Source: Heteronotia binoei (lineage: Eukaryota). From it: 64,000 nt of DNA. Shown here one piece after another: positions 21,794 to 33,137 of the stretch. The stretch is from contig NC_083223.1 in the NCBI RefSeq assembly GCF_032191835.1, positions 254,448,001 to 254,512,000 on the forward strand, read 5' to 3'. Made by a program: the position numbers and the translations under genes. Positions within the stretch are counted from its first letter, which is position 1, and every line of letters begins with the position of its first letter. Under the pieces are notes generated by a model. It saw only the letters and a program-made list of their open reading frames with translations, was not told the origin of the DNA and ran no database searches.

Positions 21794-24700
21794 ATGGTTG
21801 AGACAATTAAAATATTATCTTTAAATATAAATGGGTTGGCTTCAGATTTAAAAAGGTATAGACTGAAAAATATGCTAAAAAAACAGGGAATAGATATAGT
21901 GTGTCTCCAGGAGACCCATAAAGGTAAAAAAGATAAAAAACCCCTACTAAACTCTACACTATGGGAAACAAGGGTGGAAGCAAGAGGAACTAGGAAGGCA
22001 AGAGGGGTAGCGATACTTACACATTCTAGCTTGAAGTTAGAAGTACTGGATCAAATATCTGATTTAGAGGGAAGATATGTTTTTTTGAAATTTAAGTTGA
22101 ATAGTAGGAAGTTTACAATAGCATCTATCTATGCCCCAAATATGGGTCAGGTGAGCTTCTTAAATAAGGTATTCCAGAAATTGCAGAACTTTTATGAAGG
22201 GGATGTGGTAGTGGCAGGGGACATGAATTATGATTTTAAGAAAAGTAAAACCTTGAAATTTAAGAAATGGAAATTGAAAGATGTGTTCACATATGAAGGG
22301 AACAATCCTCAACCTACATATTTCTCTAATAGATTTAAGACTTTTTCATATATAGATTATATTTTAGTAAAGGAATCAAATGAGTTAGAGGTGATGAAGG
22401 CAGTAACTGAGCCATTATGGATTTCGGACCACGCTCCTTTAAAGGTGCAATTTAGAATAAGTGAAGAGAGAAAAGAGTTGACTTGGAAATATAAGGCATA
22501 TCTGCCCTTGACAGGAAAAGATCGGATGGATTTAAGAAGGGATATAGAATGCTATTTTAGAGAAAATAGAAATTCAGCCACAGAAGGAGTAGTTTGGGAT
22601 GCGGCTAAGGCAGTTATAAGAGGAGCTTATATAGCTAAGGAAATTAGAATTAGAAAGGAAAATAATAAGGAAAGGAGTAGGATAGTAAATGAGATTAAAC
22701 GAATACAGAAAGACCTGCAGGGAAATTATAATAGGCAGTCATATGAATTATTCAAAAAACTTAAAAAAGATTTAGAGAACTTGGATTCATTATCTATGTG
22801 GAAAAAGGATATATTAGTTAAGAATGAGTACCATAGAATTAATATAAATACAATGAGAAGAATGGCGAATTATTTAAAGACGAAAAAGGAAAAACAAAAA
22901 ATTGGATGTATTAAGGGAAATGGGGATAAACAATTTTTTAAAAACGCTCGGATAAGAGAGGAATTTGCTACATTCTATCAACAACTATTCAAATCGGGAG
23001 AAAACCAAAGATTCGAGGAACAGTTAGATAATAAATTAACGATAGAACAGAGAGAGAGCCTGAATAAAGAAATTACCCGGCAGGAAATAATAGAGGTATT
23101 AAAAAGGTTAAAAAATAGGAAATCCCCTGGTTTGGATGGTTTTACGGCAGAATATTATAAAGAAATGGCAGAGTTAATGATACCAGAAATGCAAAGTTTA
23201 TTTAATTATATTTTAAAAGGGGGGAAAATACCAGATTCATGGAAAAAAGCTGAAATTTTACCAATTTTGAAGCCTCAGAAGGATCCCCTAGAAATAAATT
23301 CATATAGGCCAATTAGCCTGATGAATCAAGACTATAAAATATTTACAAAAATTCTAGCTAATAGATTAGAAAAATATTTACCAAACTTGATTAAGGAAGA
23401 TCAATATGGTTTTGTTAGAGGTAGATTTATTGCAGATCCATTGAGAAATATATTGAATGTTTTGTTCTGTAAGGATAAGAAAACTTTAGCCTTGTTAAAA
23501 TTAGACGTGTATAAGGCGTTTGATACGGTAAATCACAATTATTTAATGCAGGTATTGGAAAACTTTGGTTTTGATGGGCCCTTTTTAAATGTTGTAAGGG
23601 AAATCTATAGGGGGGGTAAAGCAGTAATTAGAATAAATGATGGGCACTCTAGAGAAATTTCGATACAGAGAGGAGTAAAGCAAGGTTGCCCATTGTCCCC
23701 TCTGTTATTTGCATTAGCAATTGAACCCCTAGCAGATAGGATACGAAATAGTGGTAGAATTCAGGGATTTCAAATAGGTAAGGAAGAATTGAAATTAAAC
23801 CTTTTTGCGGACGATATTTTGTTGACAATAAGTAATCCACTGCAGGCAATACGAGAATTATTAGTTATTTTAGAAGATTTTAAGTTATGTTCGGGACTTG
23901 GAATAAACATTAAGAAATCAGAAATAATGTTTATTAATGTAGGTGGGGAAACCAAGAAGGCAATATTAGCCTTAACGGGGATGAAATCAGGAGTTAGCAA
24001 AATTAAATATTTAGGAGTTTATCTTAATAAAAATATAGAGAGGCTACAAAAAATGAATTATAATAAGGTGTGGTTAAAGATTTTAAAGAAATTGAAGGAA
24101 TGGAAGAACAAAAATCTGAGTATCCTAGGGAAAATTAGAGCAATAAAAATGTTTATACTCCCAAAGCTGCTATATTTATTTCAAGTACTTCCTATAAGAT
24201 TAGATCAGGAAACGATAAGGAAATGGGATGAACATATTAAAAATTGGGTCTTTGGTCGGAAAAAAGCAAGAATACAAAAAAAGTTGATATATATGCCCCA
24301 AGATGAACTAGGATGGGGAGTTCCATATTTACAAGCTTATTATGATGCAGTTCAGTTGAAAGCATTGATGGAGCTAGAATGGAGGAAAGGGGATAAATGG
24401 GTAAGACTTGAATCTGCAGTCAATAAGGGAGCAGGTAGTAGTGGAATTTACACGAGAGAGATAAAAAAGGTAATGATACAAACCGAAGGTCCAAGAAAAA
24501 TAGCTTTAATGGTGTGGAAGAGGTGGAAAAAGATCTTAATGCCTTTAACCTCGAAATGGACCCCACTTAAGGATATCTGGGAAAAAGAGATGAACCCAAA
24601 ATTCTATGAAGAGCTGCAAAGGGAAGACATAATAAGAGTCAAGGATTTGTACAATAGCCAAGGGGCCTTATTACCACTTCAGGAGTTGAACTGTAAGATA

Positions 24701-25525
24701 GGGAAACAATATTGGTTAAATCTAATGGGATTATATCAAACAATCCGACAAGAAAAGTATAAAGATGCTATTAAAAGAGATGACAATTTTATAGAAAAGG
24801 TACTATATGTGGATGAAAGGAAGAAAGGACTGTCAGGGATTATTTACCTTGAATTGGTAAAAGATAAGGAGTTCATGTATAGAACCTTAAAGAACAAATG
24901 GAATAAAGAAAAACAAATAACTGATGGGGAGGTGAATAAGTTAATGATGAATTTGAAGAAAATTAAGATAGAGAAATATAGAGAACTGGAAAGGAAGATA
25001 ATCTTGAAATGGTATAGGACGCCGGCTCAATTGGCATATATGATTAAAGGGATGAAACCAAATTGTTGGCACTGCAATGCAAAAGAAGGGTGGTACTCCC
25101 ACTTATGGTGGGAGTGCCCCAAGGTTATAGAGTTTTGGGGGAAAATTCGGGGAAAAATAGTGGGGGTATGCAAGTTTAATATTGATATAGATGGGGAGTT
25201 GTTATTTATGGGGGTACTGGAAAATAATAAAATTGAGAAACAAAACCAGAGCATTTTCAAAGCAATGATATTAGCAGCACATGCAGTGATAGCATATGGT
25301 TGGAAGGAGAGTTCAAAATGGACCCTGGAAAGATGGAACAATTATTTGTATGAATATATACAATCAGACATATTAGAATGTTTAAAACAAGATAAGATAT
25401 GGGATAGAAAAATTGAAGAGATAAAAGAGAAATGGGATATATACTTCTCATGGGTATTTAAGGGGGAAGCCAACAAAGCTATATTTGAAAAATTGGGAAA
25501 AGTGTGCTCATGGTTAAAAATTTAA
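21794..25525 (+). CDS. L1 ORF2p (APE endonuclease, RT, CCHC finger), 1243 aa
   Basis: SLNINGL, LQETH, IDYILV, SDHAPL; QGCPLSP, FADD; CWHC..HLWWEC; no stops. Confidence 0.95.
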   Translation: MVETIKILSLNINGLASDLKRYRLKNMLKKQGIDIVCLQETHKGKKDKKPLLNSTLWETRVEARGTRKARGVAILTHSSLKLEVLDQISDLEGRYVFLKFKLNSRKFTIASIYAPNMGQVSFLNKVFQKLQNFYEGDVVVAGDMNYDFKKSKTLKFKKWKLKDVFTYEGNNPQPTYFSNRFKTFSYIDYILVKESNELEVMKAVTEPLWISDHAPLKVQFRISEERKELTWKYKAYLPLTGKDRMDLRRDIECYFRENRNSATEGVVWDAAKAVIRGAYIAKEIRIRKENNKERSRIVNEIKRIQKDLQGNYNRQSYELFKKLKKDLENLDSLSMWKKDILVKNEYHRININTMRRMANYLKTKKEKQKIGCIKGNGDKQFFKNARIREEFATFYQQLFKSGENQRFEEQLDNKLTIEQRESLNKEITRQEIIEVLKRLKNRKSPGLDGFTAEYYKEMAELMIPEMQSLFNYILKGGKIPDSWKKAEILPILKPQKDPLEINSYRPISLMNQDYKIFTKILANRLEKYLPNLIKEDQYGFVRGRFIADPLRNILNVLFCKDKKTLALLKLDVYKAFDTVNHNYLMQVLENFGFDGPFLNVVREIYRGGKAVIRINDGHSREISIQRGVKQGCPLSPLLFALAIEPLADRIRNSGRIQGFQIGKEELKLNLFADDILLTISNPLQAIRELLVILEDFKLCSGLGINIKKSEIMFINVGGETKKAILALTGMKSGVSKIKYLGVYLNKNIERLQKMNYNKVWLKILKKLKEWKNKNLSILGKIRAIKMFILPKLLYLFQVLPIRLDQETIRKWDEHIKNWVFGRKKARIQKKLIYMPQDELGWGVPYLQAYYDAVQLKALMELEWRKGDKWVRLESAVNKGAGSSGIYTREIKKVMIQTEGPRKIALMVWKRWKKILMPLTSKWTPLKDIWEKEMNPKFYEELQREDIIRVKDLYNSQGALLPLQELNCKIGKQYWLNLMGLYQTIRQEKYKDAIKRDDNFIEKVLYVDERKKGLSGIIYLELVKDKEFMYRTLKNKWNKEKQITDGEVNKLMMNLKKIKIEKYRELERKIILKWYRTPAQLAYMIKGMKPNCWHCNAKEGWYSHLWWECPKVIEFWGKIRGKIVGVCKFNIDIDGELLFMGVLENNKIEKQNQSIFKAMILAAHAVIAYGWKESSKWTLERWNNYLYEYIQSDILECLKQDKIWDRKIEEIKEKWDIYFSWVFKGEANKAIFEKLGKVCSWLKI

Positions 25526-27012
25526 TTGTAACTTTAGTATGGTCACTTGGTGGGGGGGAGGGATATAAATAGGGGTAAAAATGGTGTCACAAGAGAATTG
25601 GAAATGTATTCTATGTAATGTAATATTTGAGACACAATAAAATAAAAAAATGGAAAAAAAAAAAACAAATTATCTCAGAGTCTGAGTGTCTGTCCCGCCA
25701 CCCATGGCCCTCAGTGCAGCTGGCAGGCACCTTCCTAAACGCCATTTTTACTAAACTGCAGGGGAGAAGCAAACTTGGTGACAATGCCAGTAGCAGCCAT
25801 ACCAGGCAAGTTGGGCAAAGTTCAGTTGCTGGCTGCATGTGCAGGCTGGGAGGGCTGCAAGCAGGGGAAAAACCGGAGGGAGGGAGAAAACCAGCCCAGG
25901 CCTCCTAAAGGCATGGGGGCCCATAGGCCAGTGCCTATTTGGCATAATTGTTAATCCAGCTCTGATGCCAAGCCCCTGTCCTTACCTTCTGGAAGTGTGA
26001 TGCCTGAGAATAATAATAGAAAGTCCTCCTGTGAGTGAATCCTCAGCTCAGCCGGTCTCTCTCCTTCTGCCCTGGAGAGTTCAGCAGGCAGGCTTGGTAA
26101 GGTGGTGTGCCTTTGAGGAGGGGGGGAGGAGGTTATCATACAGCAAAAGTGGCAGAGAAAACAAGTATGGCATGGCTACCTTCTGCTCTAGAACTAGTTT
26201 CAACTCGATGTGTCCACAGGGAGCTCAGTAGAAGCTGGAGGTCATTGGAAGAGCAAAGCCCTCAGAAGGAACAGCAAACAGCCATTCTGTTTACTGTCAA
26301 CACCTTGGCCTCCTTTGTTATGCTTTAGGGAAGGATCTGGGTACCATAAACAGTTTGCTCAAAAGGCAGAAACCCGACTTGTCTCTATTGGGAAAAATTT
26401 CTATTTTATATATTTATGTCATTCAGTAGTCAATGTCCATGTTTTGTCTTAGTCTTTTCCTTTTGAAGATGCCTTGGTAAAATGTACTGAGTGTGAATTC
26501 TGAGCATGAGTTCTTAGTGCTGATATCAGTTGATATTAGCACTAAATGCCCCATGCTGCCACTAAGCTTGCTGGGTAACCCTGGACCCTTCGATGTTTCT
26601 CAGCCTAACTTACACCACTAGAGTTGTTCTTGTGAGGATAAAATGGAGAAAAGGAGACAGATGAATGCTGTCCTTGGAGGAAGGGTGGGATGAAAGGGAG
26701 AGCTTGTACATTCCTAAGGCATGGGTCTGTAATTTGAATTTTAGGTTATGATCTTGCCTGGTCTATTTGAAACCTATTATACAGCTAGCAAGAATTTTAT
26801 GCTCCAGGCCAACCAGAAGAGAAAGACAGAACACTCTAGGAAGGAGATGTGTATGTGTCCACATTCACTGTTTTAGTAGTTGTTATAATGCCTCCTGAAG
26901 GGAACACTATAAACATGTTTAGGGGCACTTCTTGCCTTAGCAGCATTTAAAAGAACCCTTCCCTGCAAGAGGCAGAAGGAACTCTGGATAAGCTCAGGGA
27001 CACAATTTGTGG

Positions 27013-27438
27013 TAGGGTTGCCAGTCTCCAGGTGGGAACAAGAGAGAACTGTGTTCTGCTAAAGAATAAATTAGTTATGTGAAGTTGTTTCTGAACAATG
27101 CTGAAACCCTTTGCAGAATAGTATATTCTGCAAAGGGTTTCAGCATTGTTCAGAAAAAACTTCACATAACTAATTGATTCTTTAGCAGAACACGGTTCTC
27201 TCCTGTTCCTAGCCTGTGTTCGTCCCTCTTGGTTTGCATAGCCTCCAGGTGGGGCCTGGAGATCTCCTGCTTTTACAACTGATCTCCAGCTGGCAGAGAT
27301 CAGCCCCCCTGGAGAAAATGGATGCTTTGAAGGGTGGACTCTATGCCATGCTGAGGCCCCTCCTCTCCCCAAACCCCACCCTCCTGAGTCTACCCCCAAA
27401 GTCTCCAGGTAGTTTTCAACACAAACCTGGCAACCTTA
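27013..27438. mobile_element. hAT MITE carrying an internal 175-bp palindrome
   Basis: TAGGGTTGCCA..TGGCAACCTTA; 8-bp TSD ATTTGTGG. Confidence 0.85.
27035..27209. repeat. Near-perfect palindrome, 86-bp arms, 3-nt loop
   Basis: 27035-27120 against 27124-27209, 4 mismatches. Confidence 0.95.
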
Positions 27439-27714
27439 ATTTGTGGTGCAAGGTTTTTTTAGAGCCAACCCACTACTTGCTATTATAACTTCCACCCACC
27501 CCTCTTCAACCTCTTCTGTTGCCATTTATTATTCCTCTTCCTGCTTGAAATGCTTTCCAGATTCCTCGTGATGTTGCCGTGCTGGCCGCAACCCAGCCCT
27601 CCACCCCTGGGTTATTTATGCTCCTGCAAACTTTACCACACTGAGCAAATGCTTTCTGGCAGGGCCTGCTTTTCTCTGTAGCAGCAGAATCCGTCATCAA
27701 GACACACCAGTGTG

Positions 27715-27744
27715 GTTGCTATGGGCTCCCGGTTGCCAAGTAAC
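27715..27744. promoter_or_regulatory. RFX X-box (27732-27744) plus half-site (27715-27724); candidate KLHDC9 promoter
   Basis: GTTGCC-A-AGTAAC fits GTNRCC(N0-3)RGYAAC; donor AAG|gtaggc at 27773 could join the KLHDC9 acceptor at 30398. Confidence 0.5.
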
Positions 27745-28057
27745 CAGGTTCTGCAGTGGTTTCCTCGCTTAAGGTAGGCCTGATTTGCGTTTTTTATCTT
27801 TAGAATGCAAAAAAGTCTAAATATCATGCTGGTTTGGGGTAAAAATTTCTACAACATAACTAGAAATAAAAATATTCCAGGATAGGCTCAGCATGAGTTT
27901 TTAAATAATGCAATCACTGCTGGTAAGCTGGCTGCATGTGGGCCCAGCCTTAGAATACATAGCTCTTGCAGGGCAAAAAATCCCTTGAAAAACCAGAAAC
28001 AGATAAATGAAATCCTAAGGTTCAGTAATAGTGTAGTTCAGCAAGATGGAAAAGGGT

Positions 28058-28259
28058 GTAGCAATGCCAGCCTCCAAGTGGGACCTGGGGATCTCCCAGA
28101 ATTACAGCTCATCTCCAGACTACAGAGATCATTTCCCCCTGAGAAAATGGATGCTTTGGAGGGTGGACTGTGTGGCATTGTACCCTGCTGAGGTCCCAGT
28201 CCTCCCCAGGCACCATCCCCAAATTTCCAGGAGTTTTTCAACTTGAATATAGCAACCCC
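28058..28259. mobile_element. hAT MITE, degenerate
   Basis: Same core as the other TAGGGTTGCCA-family copies. Confidence 0.6.
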
Positions 28260-28624
28260 ACCTCCCACTGGTGGCCAGGGGGGACCTGGCAACTCAGGGT
28301 GAGAGGTAAACAACACAGGAAGACCTTACTTGTGGGACTCCCACAGTGTGGAGCCTTGGCAGGCAAGCCTACTGCTACCAATCTTTGTCCCCTGCTGCAG
28401 CTTGATAGGGTGGTAGTAGTAAAATGGAAGGGATGAAATAGCATCCCACAGTGCCACAATGTTCACTTCAGACTGAGTAACTGAAAGTGATGTCACCATG
28501 TAGTGGGACACTCTAGTGTTGTCCTGAACTCTTTGGTTTCAGGTGAATCCTAGAGCGCCCCGTGGTATGTTGAGATCACTTCTGGTTACACAGCCAGAAG
28601 TGATATTGCCACACTGTGGGATGC

Positions 28625-28831
28625 TAGGGTTGCCAGCCTCCAGGTGTGGCCTGGAGATCTCCCAGACAGTTTTACAACTTATCTCCAGCCCCCCTGGAGA
28701 AAATGTCTGCTTTGAAGAGGGCTCTATGGCATTGTATCCTACTGAGGCCTCTCCCTTCCCCAGACCCCACCATCTCCCGGATCCACCCCCAAAGTCTCCA
28801 GGTATTTTCCAATACAGACCTGGCAACCCTA
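28625..28831. mobile_element. hAT MITE
   Basis: TAGGGTTGCCA..TGGCAACCCTA; 8-bp TSD TGGGATGC. Confidence 0.88.
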
Positions 28832-28857
28832 TGGGATGCAGTTTGGGTAACACTCAC

Positions 28858-29325
28858 CTTCTCCCGCCAGTCTCTGGAAGGAGTGACCCCTGTTCAGAAC
28901 AGATGGTCTGATTGTGGATACCAAGCCCTATGAGGAAAGGCTGAGGGGCTTGGGAATGTTCAGTCTGGAGAAGAGGAAGTTGAGGGGGGGACGTGATTGC
29001 TCTCTTTAAGGATCTGAAGGGCTGTCACTTAGAGGAGGGCAGGGAGCTGTTCCAGCTGGTAGCAGAGGAGAGGACTCACAATAATGGGTTAAATTAAAGT
29101 TGGGAAGGTAGCGGCTGGATATTAGGAAAAACATTTTTTACAGTAAGAGTTGTTCAGTGGCAGAATCAGCTTCCTAGGGAGGTGGTGAATCCCCCCTCAC
29201 CGGCAGTCTTTAAGCAGAAGCAGGATGAACAGTTGTTGGGAGGGTGGTGCTTTAGGCTGATCCTGCATTGAGCAGGGGGTTGGACTAGATGGCCTGTATG
29301 ACCCCTTCTAATTCCATGATTCTAT
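28858..29325 (+). mobile_element. CR1 LINE 3' fragment (second family)
   Basis: YEERLRGLGMFSLEKRKLRG-like coding remnant; ends GGACTAGATGGCC..CCATGATTCTAT. Confidence 0.75.
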
Positions 29326-29511
29326 CTCTTTTCTACTGACAAATATTGAATCTGTAACAATTCAATCCACTGCCAAATTTTTGGCAACTGATTTCTTCAA
29401 GGTGCTATCAAAATGGGTTTTATTTTTGTTAATGCTTCATGCGGAAATTGTACATCTGTATTTAAATATTTTACTCTGTTATATATTTTATTCTGTTACA
29501 TGCTTAAGACA

Positions 29512-30016
29512 TAGGCTTCCCAATTCCCAGGTCCCAGCGGGGGATCTCCTGGTTTTACAAGTTTCCCCCCGCCCCCCCCCCCCCAGCCAGCTAGCCGGTG
29601 GGGGAAGCCCCACCCCCCACAGCCTCCACAGCTCTAGATCTCCAGCAGTTTTAGGGAATAATGGGGAATTGATTTGTGGATATCAGGGGCTCCAGGGGGC
29701 TGCGTTTTGAGGTAGAGGCACCAAATTTTCAGTATAGCATCTAGTGCCTCTTCTCAAAATACCCCCCAAGTTTCAAAACAATTGGACCAGGGGGTCCAGT
29801 TCTATGAGCCCCCAAAGAAGGTGCCCCTATCCTTCATTATTTCCTATGGAAGGAAGGCATCTAAAAAGGTGTGCTGTCCCTTTCAATGTGATTGCCACAA
29901 CTTCCTTGGATTTCAATTATGCTTGTCACACCCTTGCTCCTGGCTCCGCCCCCAATGTCTCCTGGCTCCATCCCCAAAGTCCCCAGATATTTCTGGAACT
30001 GGACTTGGCAACCCTA
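29512..30016. mobile_element. Non-autonomous hAT element related to 18018-18695
   Basis: TAGGCTTCCCAA..TTGGCAACCCTA termini; no TSD found. Confidence 0.6.
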
Positions 30017-30409
30017 ACATCTGCACAGCTTTTTAATGAAAGGAAAGGACCAAACTGGGGGAGGAAAAGCACTTGTTGGTTTGGAAAGTGGCAGAGAAGG
30101 ATGCTACAGAATAAATGAGGATGGCACTTTGGCAGTAGTTATTTATATGAGAACATACGTGTTAGAAGCATGTCCCTGCTTTGTGACAAATGCAAAAAAG
30201 GCTCAACATTTAACATCCTGCTTGATGAAGCTTTCTAGTAAATTTGAAATCTTGCACATTTCTTTGTGAATGACCGCATTGCCCTAAGAAAAGTATTTCT
30301 GCAATGTACTTTCTCATGTGGATTCATAATAGCCCCATAATTCTTGACTGATTTCAATCCAGTTTGCAGTCTACCTTTGTACCTCTGCCTCCTGCAGGTC
30401 AGACCTGGT

Positions 30410-30918
30410 ATGACGGCTGCCGGCAGCAATTGGAAGTGGAATCCAGTTGCGCACAGTGACCTTGTGGCCCGTGGTTTCCATTCATGCAATGTGTTGCTGG
30501 GGAAGCTTTTGATCTTTGGGGGTCTGAAGTCGCCAGACACCCAGGAGCAGCCCCTAGGGGATGTGGTAGCTTTTGACCCAGCTCTGCAGACAATTCGAAC
30601 AATCGCTCCTGAATGTGGCTTCCGGCGCAGCCACCACGAGGCCGTGGTCCTGGCTGATCATTGGCTGTGCGTGGTGGGAGGCTGGGACGGCTCCCGAAGG
30701 GTCTCGGATGTGTGTGGCTTTGATGCTGAGAAGGCGCAGTGGGAACGCTGGACTGAGGGATCATCCAATGAGCCTCCTGTGGGGTTGAGCAGCCACACCT
30801 GTACCAAGCTAACAGACCATGAGGTGCGAGTGGTAGGCCGTGAAGGTGGGCTGCGTACTCAGAGGCGTTACGCCAGTATCTATACATTGCATATCAACCC
30901 TGCAACCAAGACTTACTG
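30410..30918 (+). CDS. KLHDC9: Kelch domain-containing protein 9, coding exon 1
   Basis: RSHHEAVVLADHWLCVVGGWDGSRR, GLSSHTCT, GREGGLRTQRRYASIYTL match KLHDC9; acceptor at 30398, ATG at 30410, TG|gtatgt donor. Confidence 0.92.
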
Positions 30919-31012
30919 GTATGTAATGTATTTATTTATAAGTCATGTATCCTGCTTGTCTATAAAACATATCCAAGGCTGCTTATGAGATGAATGATAA
31001 TAACTGAAACCA

Positions 31013-31190
31013 GGGCTTTTGTTGTAGCAGGAACACCTGTGCATATTAGGCCACACACCCTTGATGTAGCCAATCCTCCAAGAGCTTACAGTAGGCCCTG
31101 TAAGAAGAACCCTTTAAGCTCCATGAGGATTGGCTATATCGGGAGTGTAGCCTAATATGCAAAGGAGTTCCTGCTACAAAAAAAGCCCTG
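31013..31190. mobile_element. Palindromic hAT-type MITE (CAGGGCTTT..AAAGCCCTG)
   Basis: Self-complementary; relatives at about 1950-2107 and 31488-31593. Confidence 0.6.
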
Positions 31191-31275
31191 TTATAAACCT
31201 GCAGCTAGCAGGTGGGGGGGCAGATGGAAGTTGAGCTGATTTACCCTGTCTTTGTAACATCACTCTGTTTGCTAG

Positions 31276-31444
31276 GTACAGAGAAGAAGAATCTCACACA
31301 GCCTCACGAGCTGGCCACTCCGCAATGCTGCTGCGTGAGGCCAACTCCAGTGGAAAGAGCGGCGGCTACAAGCTGGTGGTGTTTGGGGGACGTGACTCCG
31401 CTGACTTTGACTTGGCTGGGCGGTGGGGAAAAGGGAAGATCCAT
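31276..31444 (+). CDS. KLHDC9: KLHDC9 coding exon 2 (YREEESHTASRAGHSAMLL..LVVFGGRDSADFDLAGRWGKGKIH)
   Basis: ctag|G acceptor, CAT|gtgagt donor; phases fit; 169 nt. Confidence 0.9.
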
Positions 31445-31804
31445 GTGAGTATATGCGTATGGAGGTGGGGTCCTGGATACAACTAGGCAGGGCTTTTTTC
31501 AAGCAGGAACGCAGTTTTGGCTGGCTTGGAACAGGGGGTGTGGCCTAATATGCAAGTGAGTTCCTGATGGGCTTTTTCTACAAAAAAAGCCCTGCAACTA
31601 GGGCAAAGAACTGACTTGAGTAGACAACTTTAGGTACAAGAAGGTAATTCAGATGAGAAAACTGACATGGCTCCCCATATAAACTCTCACTTTCTACCCC
31701 AAACAAGTCTTCCCAGCTGGCTGTTTCCTGCAGCACTCCGGGGAGAAAAGAGCTACAAGGTGGTAGCTACTACCCCACAGGCCTGGCTAGAGGGAGACAG
31801 AAGC

Positions 31805-32142
31805 TGTAAAAGGAAATGCTTCTTTACAGTTATGAAAATTTGCTGGATTTCACTGCCAAAGGATGTAGTGATGGGCACATGCACAGCCAGCTTTAAAAGG
31901 GGATTAGATAGATGCATGGAGAATAAATCTATCAGTGGCTACTAGCCATGGTGACTAAAAGGAACCTCCATTTTCAAAGGCAGCCAAATTCTGAATCTCA
32001 GTGCCGGGAGGTAACAAAAGGGAAAGTCCTCCACCTCTATGCCCTGTTGTTGGCCTTCCAGGGAACTGGCTGGCCACTGTGAGAAACAAGATGTTGAACT
32101 ATATGGACCACTGCTCTGATCCAGTGGAGCTCTTCTTATGTT
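31805..32142 (+). mobile_element. CR1 LINE 3' fragment, degenerate
   Basis: FKRGLDRCME-type remnant and CR1 3'UTR motifs. Confidence 0.6.
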
Positions 32143-32938
32143 TTGGAGATAACAGGAATCAACTTGGTGAGTTGGGGGCCTTGAAAGCTGAAGCTGGTTG
32201 GTCGTGTACCCCTGAACATTTCATAGGAATAGGCTTGCTGATAAGACCCATTTTCATGCCAGCAATCACAGCCTCTGCTTTGTCTTCTGTGCACCATGTT
32301 CATTTCATGTTTTCCACTGACTTAAGAGTCTACAGATTGGGTTAAAGAAATACTACATCATTATTGCTCTGCAATACAGAACCTGTTTTCAACAGACCTG
32401 AACAGTTGTGGAGTGTGAACTGGCAGGCAATCCACTGCAGGCCACTTTTGTGTTCAGGCATCTTTCCCAAAGTCAGAGATGATGAATCCATTTCACACTC
32501 TTGCATTTCAGAGACCCTGCAGAGGGAACTGACCCCTGAAAAATGACCATGCTAGCAATGCATGCTAACAAGAAGACAAAAACAAGGACAAAAAAGACAA
32601 TTCCGTATCAAGGGCAAATACTAGAAAACAGGGGCCATCCCTGATAAAGAACAGATGGAACATATGTAGTAGTCCAAATGAGTGTGTTTTTTCTTTTAAA
32701 CATTTTAAGTGTGGTTGCCACTCTTTGGTCTCAGACCTCCCTAGCTTCCTGAAGACCTCATCTACCAATTCCTCCATCCTATTTATTTCAACTCACTTTG
32801 GTTGTTTCAGCTACACTTCCAAGTAACCCCCCTGCCTTTAGGGCTATGAGACAGTTATTAACAGTATATAATCCTAAAGGTGTCCCTCCAGTTCTGTAGC
32901 CGCCTCCTCATAAGCTTCCCACCCCTTTTCCTCCCCAG

Positions 32939-33137
32939 GTTGAATCTGTCCATGCTCCTGAGCTGATAGAGCAGATCGGTCGCTTGGTCAGCACCAAAAA
33001 GGGATCCCAGCAGGCACCTAAAGGCTTGCGGCACCAGTCCTGCACTGTGGTGGGGCCTTTCGCCATCATCTTTGGAGGGGAGACCTTATCCAGAGGCAGG
33101 GATGCCATTTGCAACGATCTCTACATCCATGATACAC
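32939..33137 (+). CDS. KLHDC9: KLHDC9 coding exon 3 (..GLRHQSCTVVGPFAIIFGGETLSRGRDAICNDLYIHDT)
   Basis: cccag|GTT acceptor, C|gtaagg donor; 199 nt. Confidence 0.92.

Larger units (their letters stand above)
20428..25664 (+). mobile_element. Full-length L1-clade LINE with both ORFs intact
   Basis: 20-bp TSD ACAAATTATCTCAGAGTCTG (20408-20427, 25665-25684); AATAAA at 25636; A-rich tail. Confidence 0.95.
20349..25964. mobile_element. Non-autonomous hAT element (about 360 bp net) interrupted by the full-length L1
   Basis: CAGTGTCGGATTAA..TTAATCCAGCTCTG termini; 8-bp TSD ATGCCAAG (20341-20348, 25965-25972). Confidence 0.8.
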
